From positions 44,767-108,766 of the forward strand of contig CAYSBL010000003.1 in the NCBI GenBank assembly GCA_964429295.1: a stretch of DNA of 64,000 bases. The letters run 5' to 3'. The notes beneath the pieces were generated by a model. The model was not told the DNA's origin. It made no database searches and saw only the letters and a list, made by a program, of their open reading frames with translations. The stretch is from an uncultured Rikenellaceae bacterium. Lineage in GTDB: Bacteria; Bacteroidota; Bacteroidia; Bacteroidales; VadinHA17. How positions within the stretch are numbered: the stretch's first letter is position 1; each line of letters starts with the position of its first letter. This document shows positions 1 to 8,530 of this stretch, one piece after another. A program made the position numbers and the translations under genes.

Positions 1-125
1 GTCTGTTTGATGTAGTTTTCTTCCCTTTCTATACTTACGGTTTCTGTGTCCTGTATGAGCCTGAAGTAAAAGGCAGGAGGGAGATATGCGGTTGAAAGAA
101 GCAGCTTGCCGGCCATCGTGGATTA

Positions 126-875
126 TCACTTCATCTGGTTAATCATGCTTGCAGAGAAACCAGCGCCGAATCCGTTGTCAATATTGACAACAGTTACACC
201 CGATGAACAGCTTGTCAGCATCGCCAGGAGGGCGGAAATTCCTCCGAAACTGGCTCCGTATCCCACACTTGTGGGCACAGCAATGACAGGCTTGCTTACC
301 AGTCCCCCAACCACACTTGCCAGGGCTCCTTCCATGCCTGCGATTACTATTATTACACGGCATTTCCTGATTTCAGGCAGCTTATCGACCAGGCGATGTA
401 TCCCGGCAACTCCGGCATCATAGATCCTGACAACTGAGTTTCCGAGCAGTTCAGCTGTCACGGCCGCTTCCTCGGCAACGGGTATATCGGAAGTGCCTGC
501 CGTGATAACAGCAATTGACGTATCGGGTCTTTCCGTTTCACGGAACGGGATACTTATGATCCTTGCTTCCGGATAGTATACCGCATGAGGAAAAATATCC
601 CTGACTGCTTCAAACATTTCCTTTCCGGCCCTGGTACCGATTACATTGTTCCTTTTTGCCGCCATTTGCCTGAAGATACCTATGACCTGTCCGGTTGTCT
701 TCCCGGCACAGTACACTATTTCGGGATAACCTGTCCTGATTTCCCGCTGATTGTCGATTTTTGCAAAACCGAGATCTGTATAGGGGAAGTCGTGCAATAT
801 ATCAAGAGCTTCCTGTACGCTTTTGCTGCCGTCCTTTATCTCAGTGAGGAGTTTTTCTATTTCGTCCCTGTTCAT
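126..875 (-). CDS. larB: Nickel-pincer cofactor biosynthesis protein LarB (PurE/AIR-carboxylase-like)
   Basis: 249-aa ORF. It has a PurE-like C-terminal half (IAVITAGTSDIPVAEEA, IIVIAGMEGALASVVGG) behind a LarB-type N-terminal extension. Its ATG overlaps the larE stop as ATGA (872-875). Confidence 0.85.
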   Translation of the reverse strand: MNRDEIEKLLTEIKDGSKSVQEALDILHDFPYTDLGFAKIDNQREIRTGYPEIVYCAGKTTGQVIGIFRQMAAKRNNVIGTRAGKEMFEAVRDIFPHAVYYPEARIISIPFRETERPDTSIAVITAGTSDIPVAEEAAVTAELLGNSVVRIYDAGVAGIHRLVDKLPEIRKCRVIIVIAGMEGALASVVGGLVSKPVIAVPTSVGYGASFGGISALLAMLTSCSSGVTVVNIDNGFGAGFSASMINQMK

Positions 876-1684
876 AATATTGGTTTTTCAGGATCATAAG
901 AGCCTGACCTGTATCCTTCAAGATCCAAAGATACATATCTGAATCCTATTTTCTTAAGGCCGGCGACAATCATTTCCCTGTAAGGAAGCTGTCCCATTTT
1001 TCCGATAAATTCAGGGAGGCATTCTATCCTTGCCAGGTCGCCATGAATCCTGACCCTGGTTCCAGGATATCCGGCATTTTTAAAGAATTCTTCGGCCTGT
1101 TCTGCCATATTGAGCGTGCCGGGGCTTACAGTGGTGTTGTATGGTATTCTTGTGAGAAGGCATGCCATCGGGGGTTTATCCGCAATATCAAGTCCCTCAA
1201 GTCTGAGAAGGTCCCTGATTTCCTGTTTGGTCAGACCGGCTTCCATAAGCGGACTTCTGATCCCCAGTTCCCTGAGAGCCCTGAGACCCGGCCTGTGAAC
1301 ACCGGCATCATCGGCATTTGACCCGTCAGCCACATGTGCGAAACCATGGTCGGCAGCATACCTTCGCAGGTGATCAAAGAGTATCTTTTTGCAGATATAG
1401 CATCTGTCCGGAGGATTATCCCTGATCTGTTCGGGAAAGGGCAGCTCCAGAATACTGTGATTTATGCCGTGAACTCTTGCAAACTCAGTCGCTTCTTTAA
1501 TTTCAGCAACAGGCATGTAAGGTGTCCGGAGTGTCAGGCCCATTATCCTGTCCTTAAGCAGAGTATGTGCACGGAGAAGGAGATATGAACTATCCACTCC
1601 TCCCGAAAAACCTACGACAAAGGAATTCATCTCCCGGAGTATCCGGTCAAGCCCGTCCCTGTTGTTTCCGGTTACGTCCGTCAT
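872..1684 (-). CDS. larE: ATP-dependent sacrificial sulfur transferase LarE (PP-loop ATPase)
   Basis: 270 aa. PP-loop motif GFSGGVDSS lies near the N-terminus. A conserved Cys in PPMACLLTRIPY sits where LarE proteins carry the sulfur-donating Cys. ATGA overlaps occur with both neighbours (1681-1684 and 872-875). Confidence 0.85.
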   Translation of the reverse strand: MTDVTGNNRDGLDRILREMNSFVVGFSGGVDSSYLLLRAHTLLKDRIMGLTLRTPYMPVAEIKEATEFARVHGINHSILELPFPEQIRDNPPDRCYICKKILFDHLRRYAADHGFAHVADGSNADDAGVHRPGLRALRELGIRSPLMEAGLTKQEIRDLLRLEGLDIADKPPMACLLTRIPYNTTVSPGTLNMAEQAEEFFKNAGYPGTRVRIHGDLARIECLPEFIGKMGQLPYREMIVAGLKKIGFRYVSLDLEGYRSGSYDPEKPIL

Positions 1685-2856
1685 TTGTTGCTCATAATAG
1701 CCGACATAATGGTATTATAGACCTCCTTTACAGGAATATTTCTTTCTGCCGCGATCTTTCTGCATTCCTCAAACTCGGGTTTGACTGATACCTGCATTCC
1801 TCCGAAGAACGATCTTTTTACAATAACATCACCGTAAATGGTATTAACCTTGATTGTTTCCCTTGTAAGTGTATCCTTGTCGAATTCAAAGGTTCGCATT
1901 CCGAGAGTTGTTGATTCCCTGAAGATTATCTCTTTCAGCCTGCCTTCAGCACCTTTTTCGCATATCACACTGAGCATCACTCCGGGACGTCCCTTTTTCA
2001 TAATAAGTTGAGTGAAAAAAACATCGGCAGCGCCTGACATGAAAAGCTTTCCTGATATGTGGTCATAGAATTCGGGATTCATGTCGTCTATGTTGGTCTC
2101 CATGAGAACAGCCCTGTGACCCCGCACCTTATCTTCGTTTGATTCGCCCAGAAATACCCTGAGAACGTTCGGGACTACCGGGTGTTCCTTATGTCCGATC
2201 CCATATCCGGTTTTTGTTATTGTCAGCCCGGGTCCTGCACCGAATTTTGTTCCGAGGGCAGCAATTATAGCAGCGCCTGTTGGTGTTGTTGCCTCAAAAT
2301 CAACTCCACCTATCTTCACGGGAATTCCCTTTATTATTTCAGAGGTGGCCGGAGCCGGGACGGGAAGCCTGCCATGGTCGCAGTTCACAAACCCGCTTCC
2401 AAGCTCAACATCCGAAACATAAACTGCTTCAACCCCAAGTTCAGTATAGCAGACTGCAGCACCAACAATGTCGACAATTGAATCAACTGCTCCGACCTCG
2501 TGAAAATGTACATGGTCGACCGGGATTCCATGGACCCTGGATTCTGCTTCTGCAATCTTCATGAATATCCTCATGCTCAGGTCCCTGACCTCCACAGATA
2601 AAGCCGATCCGTTAATTATCTTCTCAATATCCGGAAGATGCCTGTGTACATGTTCATGGCTTGTCTGTCTGACGGTAACTTTTGTCCCGGTAATTCCATG
2701 ACGCTGACTTCTTTCAGTTGAAAGTTCCCATCCTGCCAGGTTCAACTTCTCAAGTTCCTTCCTCAGAAATGCCGCATCAACACCCAGGTCGATCATCGCT
2801 CCTAGATTCATGTCACCGCTGATACCGGAAAAGCAATCATAATAGAGTACTTTCAT
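1681..2856 (-). CDS. larC: Nickel insertion protein LarC (pyridinium-3,5-bisthiocarboxylate mononucleotide nickel chelatase)
   Basis: The ORF track gives 1681..2949. The conserved LarC N-terminus MKVLYYDCFSGISGDMNLGAMIDLG starts at the ATG at 2856, giving 391 aa. A His-rich SHEHVHRH stretch and an HFHEVGAVDSIVD motif are present. Confidence 0.85.
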   Translation of the reverse strand: MKVLYYDCFSGISGDMNLGAMIDLGVDAAFLRKELEKLNLAGWELSTERSQRHGITGTKVTVRQTSHEHVHRHLPDIEKIINGSALSVEVRDLSMRIFMKIAEAESRVHGIPVDHVHFHEVGAVDSIVDIVGAAVCYTELGVEAVYVSDVELGSGFVNCDHGRLPVPAPATSEIIKGIPVKIGGVDFEATTPTGAAIIAALGTKFGAGPGLTITKTGYGIGHKEHPVVPNVLRVFLGESNEDKVRGHRAVLMETNIDDMNPEFYDHISGKLFMSGAADVFFTQLIMKKGRPGVMLSVICEKGAEGRLKEIIFRESTTLGMRTFEFDKDTLTRETIKVNTIYGDVIVKRSFFGGMQVSVKPEFEECRKIAAERNIPVKEVYNTIMSAIMSNK

Positions 2857-2984
2857 AAAAATCCTTTCATTAGGTTTAACAAACAATTCGCGCCAATGTT
2901 CCAGCCTGAAGTTATCAATATTAAATGTCAAGCCAGCGTAAATATACAATTTACAATCATTGGAGAATTGATAAAAATTATTAC

Positions 2985-2992
2985 TATTTTTG
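2985..2992 (+). promoter_or_regulatory. Candidate Bacteroidota -7 promoter box (TAnnTTTG) for the DUF362/polyferredoxin pair
   Basis: TATTTTTG lies 41 nt upstream of the ATG at 3033, inside the 176-bp divergent larC/DUF362 intergenic region. Confidence 0.3.
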
Positions 2993-3032
2993 AGGACTTT
3001 TCCGTTAAGATTTAAAATCAGATAATTCCATC

Positions 3033-3953
3033 ATGAGACGAAGGGAGTTTTTCAGAAAATCAGTCGGAGCGGGTATTGCTGCAGGTGCAGCTTTCAGCCT
3101 GGGCGGATATAACAAGCTATGGGCATCATCGGCATCTCCTGCAAAATATGATATGGTAGCTGTCATGGGCGGAGAACCGGATGCCATGTTCGACCTGGGA
3201 ATACAGGAATTGGGAGGAATGGGAAATTTCATTCAGAAAGGACAGAAGGTTCTTGTAAAACCCAATATCGGATGGGATGTTGTTCCTGACCTGGCTGCCA
3301 ACACAAATCCCGGTCTTGTAAAAAGGATCGTGGAACACTGCTTCAGGGCGGGAGCTAAGGAAGTTTATGTTTTTGACCATACCTGCGACAACTGGATTAA
3401 CACATACAGGAATTCAGGAATAGAAAGAGCTGCTAAAACAGCCGGGGCAAAGGTCGTTCCTGGAAATACTGAGAACTATTACCAGGAGATCGAGATACCT
3501 ACTGCCGTTAAGCTTAAGAAAGCCAAGGTTCATGAACTGGTGCTGGAAACCGATGTGTTCATAAATGTACCCGTTCTGAAGGACCATAATTCCACCAGGA
3601 TGACTGCCTGCCTCAAAAACATGATGGGTGTTGTGTGGGACAGGGGATACTGGCATTCAAATGATCTTCACCAGTGTATTGCAGACTATGCGTTGTTCGA
3701 AAAGAAACCTGTTCTCAATATTGTTGATTGCTACAACGTGATGGTAAAGCATGGCCCGCAGGGTGTTTCAAAAGAGGATGTTGTCCAGATGAAATCACAG
3801 ATTATTACCTCCGACTGGGTTGCAGGAGATACCGCAGCTGCCAGAATGCTAAACATTGATCCCCAGCGGATCGACTATATTCCCATAGCTCACAAGATGG
3901 GACTTGGAACAATGAATCTGGATTCGCTGAATATCAGGCGTATTAAAATGTAA
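3033..3953 (+). CDS. Tat-signal DUF362 domain protein (candidate exported redox enzyme)
   Basis: 306 aa. It has a twin-arginine signal MRRREFFRKSVGAGIAAGAAFSLGG and a DUF362-type core (KVLVKPNIG, NVPVLKDHNSTRMTACLKNMMG). Confidence 0.8.
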   Translation: MRRREFFRKSVGAGIAAGAAFSLGGYNKLWASSASPAKYDMVAVMGGEPDAMFDLGIQELGGMGNFIQKGQKVLVKPNIGWDVVPDLAANTNPGLVKRIVEHCFRAGAKEVYVFDHTCDNWINTYRNSGIERAAKTAGAKVVPGNTENYYQEIEIPTAVKLKKAKVHELVLETDVFINVPVLKDHNSTRMTACLKNMMGVVWDRGYWHSNDLHQCIADYALFEKKPVLNIVDCYNVMVKHGPQGVSKEDVVQMKSQIITSDWVAGDTAAARMLNIDPQRIDYIPIAHKMGLGTMNLDSLNIRRIKM

Positions 3954-3959
3954 TTTGTA

Positions 3960-5522
3960 ATGACATCTTCCTTTCTCAGGAAATTTAGGATTTTGTTTTC
4001 TTCCATCGTCCTGATCTGCTTTCTTTTCGCATTTGCGGACTTCAGAGCGGTCATCCCGGAGAAATATATCAACTACCTCCTCTATCTTCAATTTGTTCCT
4101 TCAGTGCTGAAATACATCGACCTGCTTACAGCGGCTGCCGGAGGTTTTATGATAGTTCTTTTGCTGACGCTGCTTACAGGCAGGACATATTGTTCTTTTA
4201 TCTGTCCGCTGGGTATAGGGCAGGATCTTTTCAGCAGGATCGGCGGAAAGGTGAAGAAGAAATTCAGAAGATTCGGATTTAAAAAGCCGCATACTGTTAT
4301 ACGTTACGCGGTACTTGTCCTCACTCTCGGGACGGCCATCTTCTGGGGGCTCTACCTGGTTACTCTTCTCGACCCTTACAGCATCTTCGGACGTTTTATG
4401 ACCTTTCTTGGGGAACCCGTTATCCTGCTGATTAACAATATGCTTACCTGGTTGCTTGGAAAGTTTGACGTTTACACTCTGCATCATGTTGACATCAGGG
4501 CATTCAATCCGGCGACATACGCAGTGCCTGTAGCATTCTTTCTTCTTGTTGGTGTCCTGTCCTTTATCAAGGGAAGGCTCTACTGCAACATGATCTGCCC
4601 TGTCGGGACTCTCCTTGGACTTGTTTCAAAAGTATCAATTTTCAGGGTGAAATTCATTGAAAGCAAATGTACCAGATGCGGCAGATGTTCATTAAGGTGC
4701 AAATCGTCATGTATTGATTTTCTTAATTACAATATAGATGTCAGTCGTTGCGTCAATTGTTTCAACTGCATTGATGTATGTCCTGAAAAGGCACTTTCAT
4801 ATGGATTTATTGGTTCAGGCGAAAAGCAGGAGAAAACCGACGAGGGCAGAAGGAAGTTTGTTGCAGGATCTATTCTGATGCTTATGGGGATCACCCCGGT
4901 TGCCAGCGGACAGGAGAAAAAGGGAGTCCCTGTTCCCAAAAAGGAATCGACCGTGAAGGAGCCAAGAACATTTCCGGTATGCCCTCCGGGGGCCGGATCG
5001 TTTGAGGAATTCACTGAAAAATGCACAGCCTGTTCCCTTTGCATCAGCGCCTGCCCCAATAATGTACTTCAGCCGGCAGTGAAGCAGTATGGCATAACGG
5101 GTTTTATGCAGCCGGTGATGGACTATCACAGGAGCTTCTGCACCTTCAATTGTACCCTTTGTACGGAGGTCTGCCCTACAAATGCACTGAAGCCATTGCT
5201 CCTTGAAGCAAAAAAACTGACTCAGATAGGGAAAGTGATCTTTATCAAGGATAACTGCATCGTAAAAACTGAAAAGACAGCCTGCGGAGCCTGTTCCGAA
5301 GCCTGTCCTACAAAAGCCGTTTACATGGTGCCCTATGAAGATAATCTTCTGATCCCTGAAACCAACCAGGATATCTGTATCGGTTGCGGGCATTGTGAAT
5401 TTGCTTGTCCCGTAACTCCCTTTAAGGCAATATTCGTCGACGGAAATCCTGTTCATATGGCTGCAGCCAGACCTGAAATAAAAGAATCCGAAATCACAAA
5501 ACCTGAAGAGTTTCCTTTCTGA
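3960..5522 (+). CDS. Membrane-bound polyferredoxin, NapH-like N-terminal module fused to a NapG-like multi-[4Fe-4S] module
   Basis: 520 aa. The hydrophobic N-terminal half carries two CxxxCP motifs (CSFICPLG, CNMICPVG). Six ferredoxin-type Cys motifs follow: CTRCGRCSLRC, CVNCFNCIDVCP, CTACSLCISACP, CTLCTEVCP, CGACSEACP and CIGCGHCEFACP. It starts 7 nt after the DUF362 stop. Confidence 0.8.
   Translation: MTSSFLRKFRILFSSIVLICFLFAFADFRAVIPEKYINYLLYLQFVPSVLKYIDLLTAAAGGFMIVLLLTLLTGRTYCSFICPLGIGQDLFSRIGGKVKKKFRRFGFKKPHTVIRYAVLVLTLGTAIFWGLYLVTLLDPYSIFGRFMTFLGEPVILLINNMLTWLLGKFDVYTLHHVDIRAFNPATYAVPVAFFLLVGVLSFIKGRLYCNMICPVGTLLGLVSKVSIFRVKFIESKCTRCGRCSLRCKSSCIDFLNYNIDVSRCVNCFNCIDVCPEKALSYGFIGSGEKQEKTDEGRRKFVAGSILMLMGITPVASGQEKKGVPVPKKESTVKEPRTFPVCPPGAGSFEEFTEKCTACSLCISACPNNVLQPAVKQYGITGFMQPVMDYHRSFCTFNCTLCTEVCPTNALKPLLLEAKKLTQIGKVIFIKDNCIVKTEKTACGACSEACPTKAVYMVPYEDNLLIPETNQDICIGCGHCEFACPVTPFKAIFVDGNPVHMAAARPEIKESEITKPEEFPF
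4848..4913 (+). other. Internal twin-arginine-like signal-anchor segment within the polyferredoxin
   Basis: Codons 297-318 read RRKFVAGSILMLMGITPVASG: RRxF, a hydrophobic helix, then a small-residue end. The segment separates the first two Fe-S motifs from the last four. Confidence 0.4.
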
Positions 5523-5587
5523 TAAGGGAAACGAGCCAAATTCTCGGTAAACATGATTTTTGTTTGCCTGAGCTATTTTTAAGGTGT

Positions 5588-5595
5588 TAATTTTG
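5588..5595 (+). promoter_or_regulatory. Candidate TAnnTTTG promoter box for the mce-mmd-cit operon
   Basis: TAATTTTG lies 34 nt upstream of the ATG at 5629. It sits inside the GTG-started N-terminal extension given in the ORF track. Confidence 0.3.
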
Positions 5596-5628
5596 CTTAA
5601 ATTATACTCATCAAAAACATGCTCTTTT

Positions 5629-6051
5629 ATGAAACCTACACATATAGAACATATTGGTATTGCAGTCTCAAATCTGGCCGAATCGGTGGCGTTTTACGAA
5701 AAGGTTCTGGGCCTGAAGTGCTATAATATTGAAGAAGTTACTGATCAGAAAGTAAGGACTGCTTTTTTTATGGTGGGTCAGACCAAGATAGAACTTCTGG
5801 AATCGACCGATCCCGAGGGTACTATTGCACGTTTCATTGAAAAGAGGGGAGAGGGGATCCATCATATAGCATTCGCTGTGGAGAATCTTGAGGAAAAACT
5901 CAGGCATGCGGCGAATGAAGGTGTGAGACTGATCGACACTCATCCCAGAAAAGGGGCCGAAGGTCTGGATATAGCTTTTCTTCACCCTGCTGCAGCACAT
6001 GGAGTACTTATAGAGCTTTGCGAACATCCCGGCAGCGAAAGGCCGGAATAG
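5629..6051 (+). CDS. mce: Methylmalonyl-CoA epimerase (VOC/glyoxalase fold)
   Basis: The conserved N-terminus MKPTHIEHIGIAVSNLAESVAFYEKVLGL starts at the ATG at 5629, whereas the track ORF starts at a GTG at 5584. HHIAFAV and LIEL motifs are present. It lies immediately upstream of the carboxyltransferase. Confidence 0.85.
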   Translation: MKPTHIEHIGIAVSNLAESVAFYEKVLGLKCYNIEEVTDQKVRTAFFMVGQTKIELLESTDPEGTIARFIEKRGEGIHHIAFAVENLEEKLRHAANEGVRLIDTHPRKGAEGLDIAFLHPAAAHGVLIELCEHPGSERPE

Positions 6052-6097
6052 CACTTAATTATTTTTCAATTCAAACAGAACACAAAACAAGATTCAT

Positions 6098-7657
6098 ATG
6101 GATAGCCAGGAAAAGGTAAAGCAACTTATTGAGCTGAGAGAGAAAGCCCGTCTCGGAGGAGGATTGCAAAAGATTGAGGATCAGCATTCCAAGGGAAGAC
6201 TGACTGCCAGGGAAAGGATTAACATACTTCTCGACGAAGGAAGTTTTGAAGAGTTTGACATGTTTGTCACACATCGTACCGAGGATTTCGGTATGGGTAA
6301 GAAAAAATTTCTGACCGACGGGGTGATTACAGGGCACGGCACTATTGATGGCAGGGTGGTTTATGTGTTTGCTCAGGATTTTACCATCTTTGGCGGTTCG
6401 TTGTCGGAAGCCTTTTCCCAGAAGATATGCAAGGTCATGGATCAGGCAATGAAAATTGGCGCTCCGGTCATCGGGATAAACGACAGCGGCGGGGCACGAA
6501 TCCAGGAAGGTGTCAGGAGCCTTGCAGGCTATGCAGAGATTTTTGAAAGGAACATCCTTGCTTCCGGGGTAATTCCGCAGATATCAGCGGTATTCGGTCC
6601 ATGCGCCGGAGGGGCGGTATACTCTCCCGCTCTTACCGATTTTATTATAATGAGCGAGAAAAGCAGCTACATGTTCGTGACAGGACCAAAAGTCACAAAG
6701 ACAGTTACAGGGGAAGAGATATCGACAGAGAATCTTGGCGGCTCAGGAGTCCACGGCACAAAATCGGGAGTTGCCCATTTTGTTGTGGAGGAAGAGGAGC
6801 AAGGTCTGCTGCTTATTCGCAAATTGCTAAGCTATCTGCCGCAAAACAATATGGAGGAGCCTCCCCTTACCGAGTGCGACGACCCTATCGATCGCAAGGA
6901 AGACGATCTCAACAACCTTATACCTGAAAACCCCAATCAGCCATATGATGTAAAGGACATTATTTTTAAAATAGTTGACTATAGTGAGTTTCTCGAAATT
7001 CATGCAGGATATGCCAGGAATATTGTGGTCGGCTTTGCCAAGATGGGAGGGATGCCGGTGGGTGTTGTGGCGAACCAGCCCAGCTTCCTTGCAGGCGTAC
7101 TGGATATTGATGCATCAAGAAAGGCTGCTCGTTTCATCAGGTTCTGCGATGCTTTCAATGTTCCCATCGTTACACTGGTTGATGTACCGGGTTTTCTTCC
7201 AGGAAGCGGGCAGGAATATGGCGGCATAATAATTCATGGAGCAAAGCTGATGTTCGCCTATGGTGAGGCTACTGTGCCCAAGGTAACAGTTACCTTGCGC
7301 AAATCATATGGCGGAGCCCATTGTGTAATGTCGTCCAAGCAGCTCCGCGGCGATATCAACTATGCCTGGCCTTCAGCTGAAATAGCAGTGATGGGTCCTT
7401 CGGGCGCCATTGAAATACTTGAAGGGAAAGCTATCGCCGGAATAAACGATCCGGATGAAAAAGCTGCCTTCATTGCAGAAAAGGAGAATGAATACCGGAC
7501 CAGGTTTGCCAACCCTTATGAGGCTGCAAAATTTGGATTCATAGATGATGTGATCGAACCCAGGAATACACGTTTCAGGATAATAAGGGCTCTGAGAACG
7601 CTCGCAACCAAAAAGGATCCCGGACCAATGAAGAAGCACGCTAACATTCCGCTATAA
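6098..7657 (+). CDS. mmdA: Methylmalonyl-CoA decarboxylase alpha subunit / acyl-CoA carboxyltransferase (12S type)
   Basis: 519 aa. It has the typical carboxyltransferase N-terminus ([16 protein letters not shown]) and the [17 protein letters not shown] and [16 protein letters not shown] motifs. Confidence 0.85.
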   Translation: MDSQEKVKQLIELREKARLGGGLQKIEDQHSKGRLTARERINILLDEGSFEEFDMFVTHRTEDFGMGKKKFLTDGVITGHGTIDGRVVYVFAQDFTIFGGSLSEAFSQKICKVMDQAMKIGAPVIGINDSGGARIQEGVRSLAGYAEIFERNILASGVIPQISAVFGPCAGGAVYSPALTDFIIMSEKSSYMFVTGPKVTKTVTGEEISTENLGGSGVHGTKSGVAHFVVEEEEQGLLLIRKLLSYLPQNNMEEPPLTECDDPIDRKEDDLNNLIPENPNQPYDVKDIIFKIVDYSEFLEIHAGYARNIVVGFAKMGGMPVGVVANQPSFLAGVLDIDASRKAARFIRFCDAFNVPIVTLVDVPGFLPGSGQEYGGIIIHGAKLMFAYGEATVPKVTVTLRKSYGGAHCVMSSKQLRGDINYAWPSAEIAVMGPSGAIEILEGKAIAGINDPDEKAAFIAEKENEYRTRFANPYEAAKFGFIDDVIEPRNTRFRIIRALRTLATKKDPGPMKKHANIPL

Positions 7658-7668
7658 CCCATACAGCC

Positions 7669-8031
7669 ATGCATAACTTTTCACTAATACCGTCAGGACT
7701 TTATATTGATGACTCATCCGCAGTCAGGTTGCTGATCATTCTCAATATTATCCTGATAATAATTATTCTGCTTTGGTTTGTTATCGGGATACTGGCACCA
7801 CGGATAAAAAAATCCCTTGCCGGCCGCGAAGGAAGAAAAGCAGTTGACGAAACCGTTTCACCTGAAACTACTGGTGGCGATAAGGATACGGAAGCAGCTA
7901 TTGCAACAGCGCTTTATCTGTATTTCAATGAGATGCACGACGAGGAAAGCGATGTTATAACAGTTAAAAGGGTGTCGAAGACATATTCGCCTTGGAGCTC
8001 GAAGCTTTACAGTATGAGAAATTTAAGGTGA
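7669..8031 (+). CDS. OadG-like small membrane subunit of Na+-decarboxylase complexes
   Basis: 120 aa with a single strong TM (LLIILNIILIIIILLWFVIGIL). The C-terminal EAAIATALYLYF...DVITV segment is typical of Bacteroidota OadG/MmdD-like proteins. Its position is between the carboxyltransferase and the biotin carrier. Confidence 0.6.
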   Translation: MHNFSLIPSGLYIDDSSAVRLLIILNIILIIIILLWFVIGILAPRIKKSLAGREGRKAVDETVSPETTGGDKDTEAAIATALYLYFNEMHDEESDVITVKRVSKTYSPWSSKLYSMRNLR

Positions 8032-8076
8032 TTTTAACCGAAAGGGAACTCAATTTGATCATGTAAGAAAAAAAAT

Positions 8077-8496
8077 ATGAAGAACTTCAAGTTTTTAATA
8101 AAAGGGAAAAAATATGATGTGAGCATACTATCCCTTACCGGAAATGTGGCAAAGCTGAAGGTTAATGATGAGGATTATGTTGTGGAGATTGAAAGGAATG
8201 TAAAACGGGATAAGACTCCGATTGTAGTCAGGTCGACGATCAAGGAACCCCAGAAGGAGATCGAAAAGAAGACGGGAGGTCCTAAAACTGAAGTCAAATC
8301 TCCTCTTCCTGGGATCATTGTAAAGATTTTTGTTAAACCGGGCGATATTGTAGCGAAGAATCAGCCACTGTTTACTCTTGAGGCAATGAAAATGGAAAAC
8401 GAAATAAAGGCTGAACGCGACGGCGTGATCTCAGGTGTGAAGGTAGCTGCAGGTCAAACTGTTCTGCAGGATGAGGTGATAATGGAAATGGATTGA
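8077..8496 (+). CDS. Biotin carboxyl carrier subunit (biotinyl domain)
   Basis: 139 aa. The C-terminal biotinyl domain carries the biotinylation motif EAMKMENEI. Confidence 0.85.
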   Translation: MKNFKFLIKGKKYDVSILSLTGNVAKLKVNDEDYVVEIERNVKRDKTPIVVRSTIKEPQKEIEKKTGGPKTEVKSPLPGIIVKIFVKPGDIVAKNQPLFTLEAMKMENEIKAERDGVISGVKVAAGQTVLQDEVIMEMD

Positions 8497-8530
8497 TATT
8501 CTTTGGAAAAAAATCAATAATCACGGCATC

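Noticed and set aside
2857-2984. Search for a shared operator or Ni-responsive regulator site in the larC/DUF362 divergent region (TTATCAA ... TTGATAA inverted 7-mers about 45 nt apart)
   Set aside because: The half-sites are short, AT-rich and widely spaced, so they are expected by chance in this composition. No regulator gene is nearby to support the idea.
4815-5456. 213-aa minus-strand ORF inside the polyferredoxin gene, and similar long antisense ORFs (e.g. 33662..34264 in tamB, 47015..47518 in recG, 8726..9172 in citDE)
   Set aside because: These are shadow ORFs opposite strongly supported genes. Their translations are low-complexity or Arg/Cys/Ser-rich and carry no recognisable motifs.
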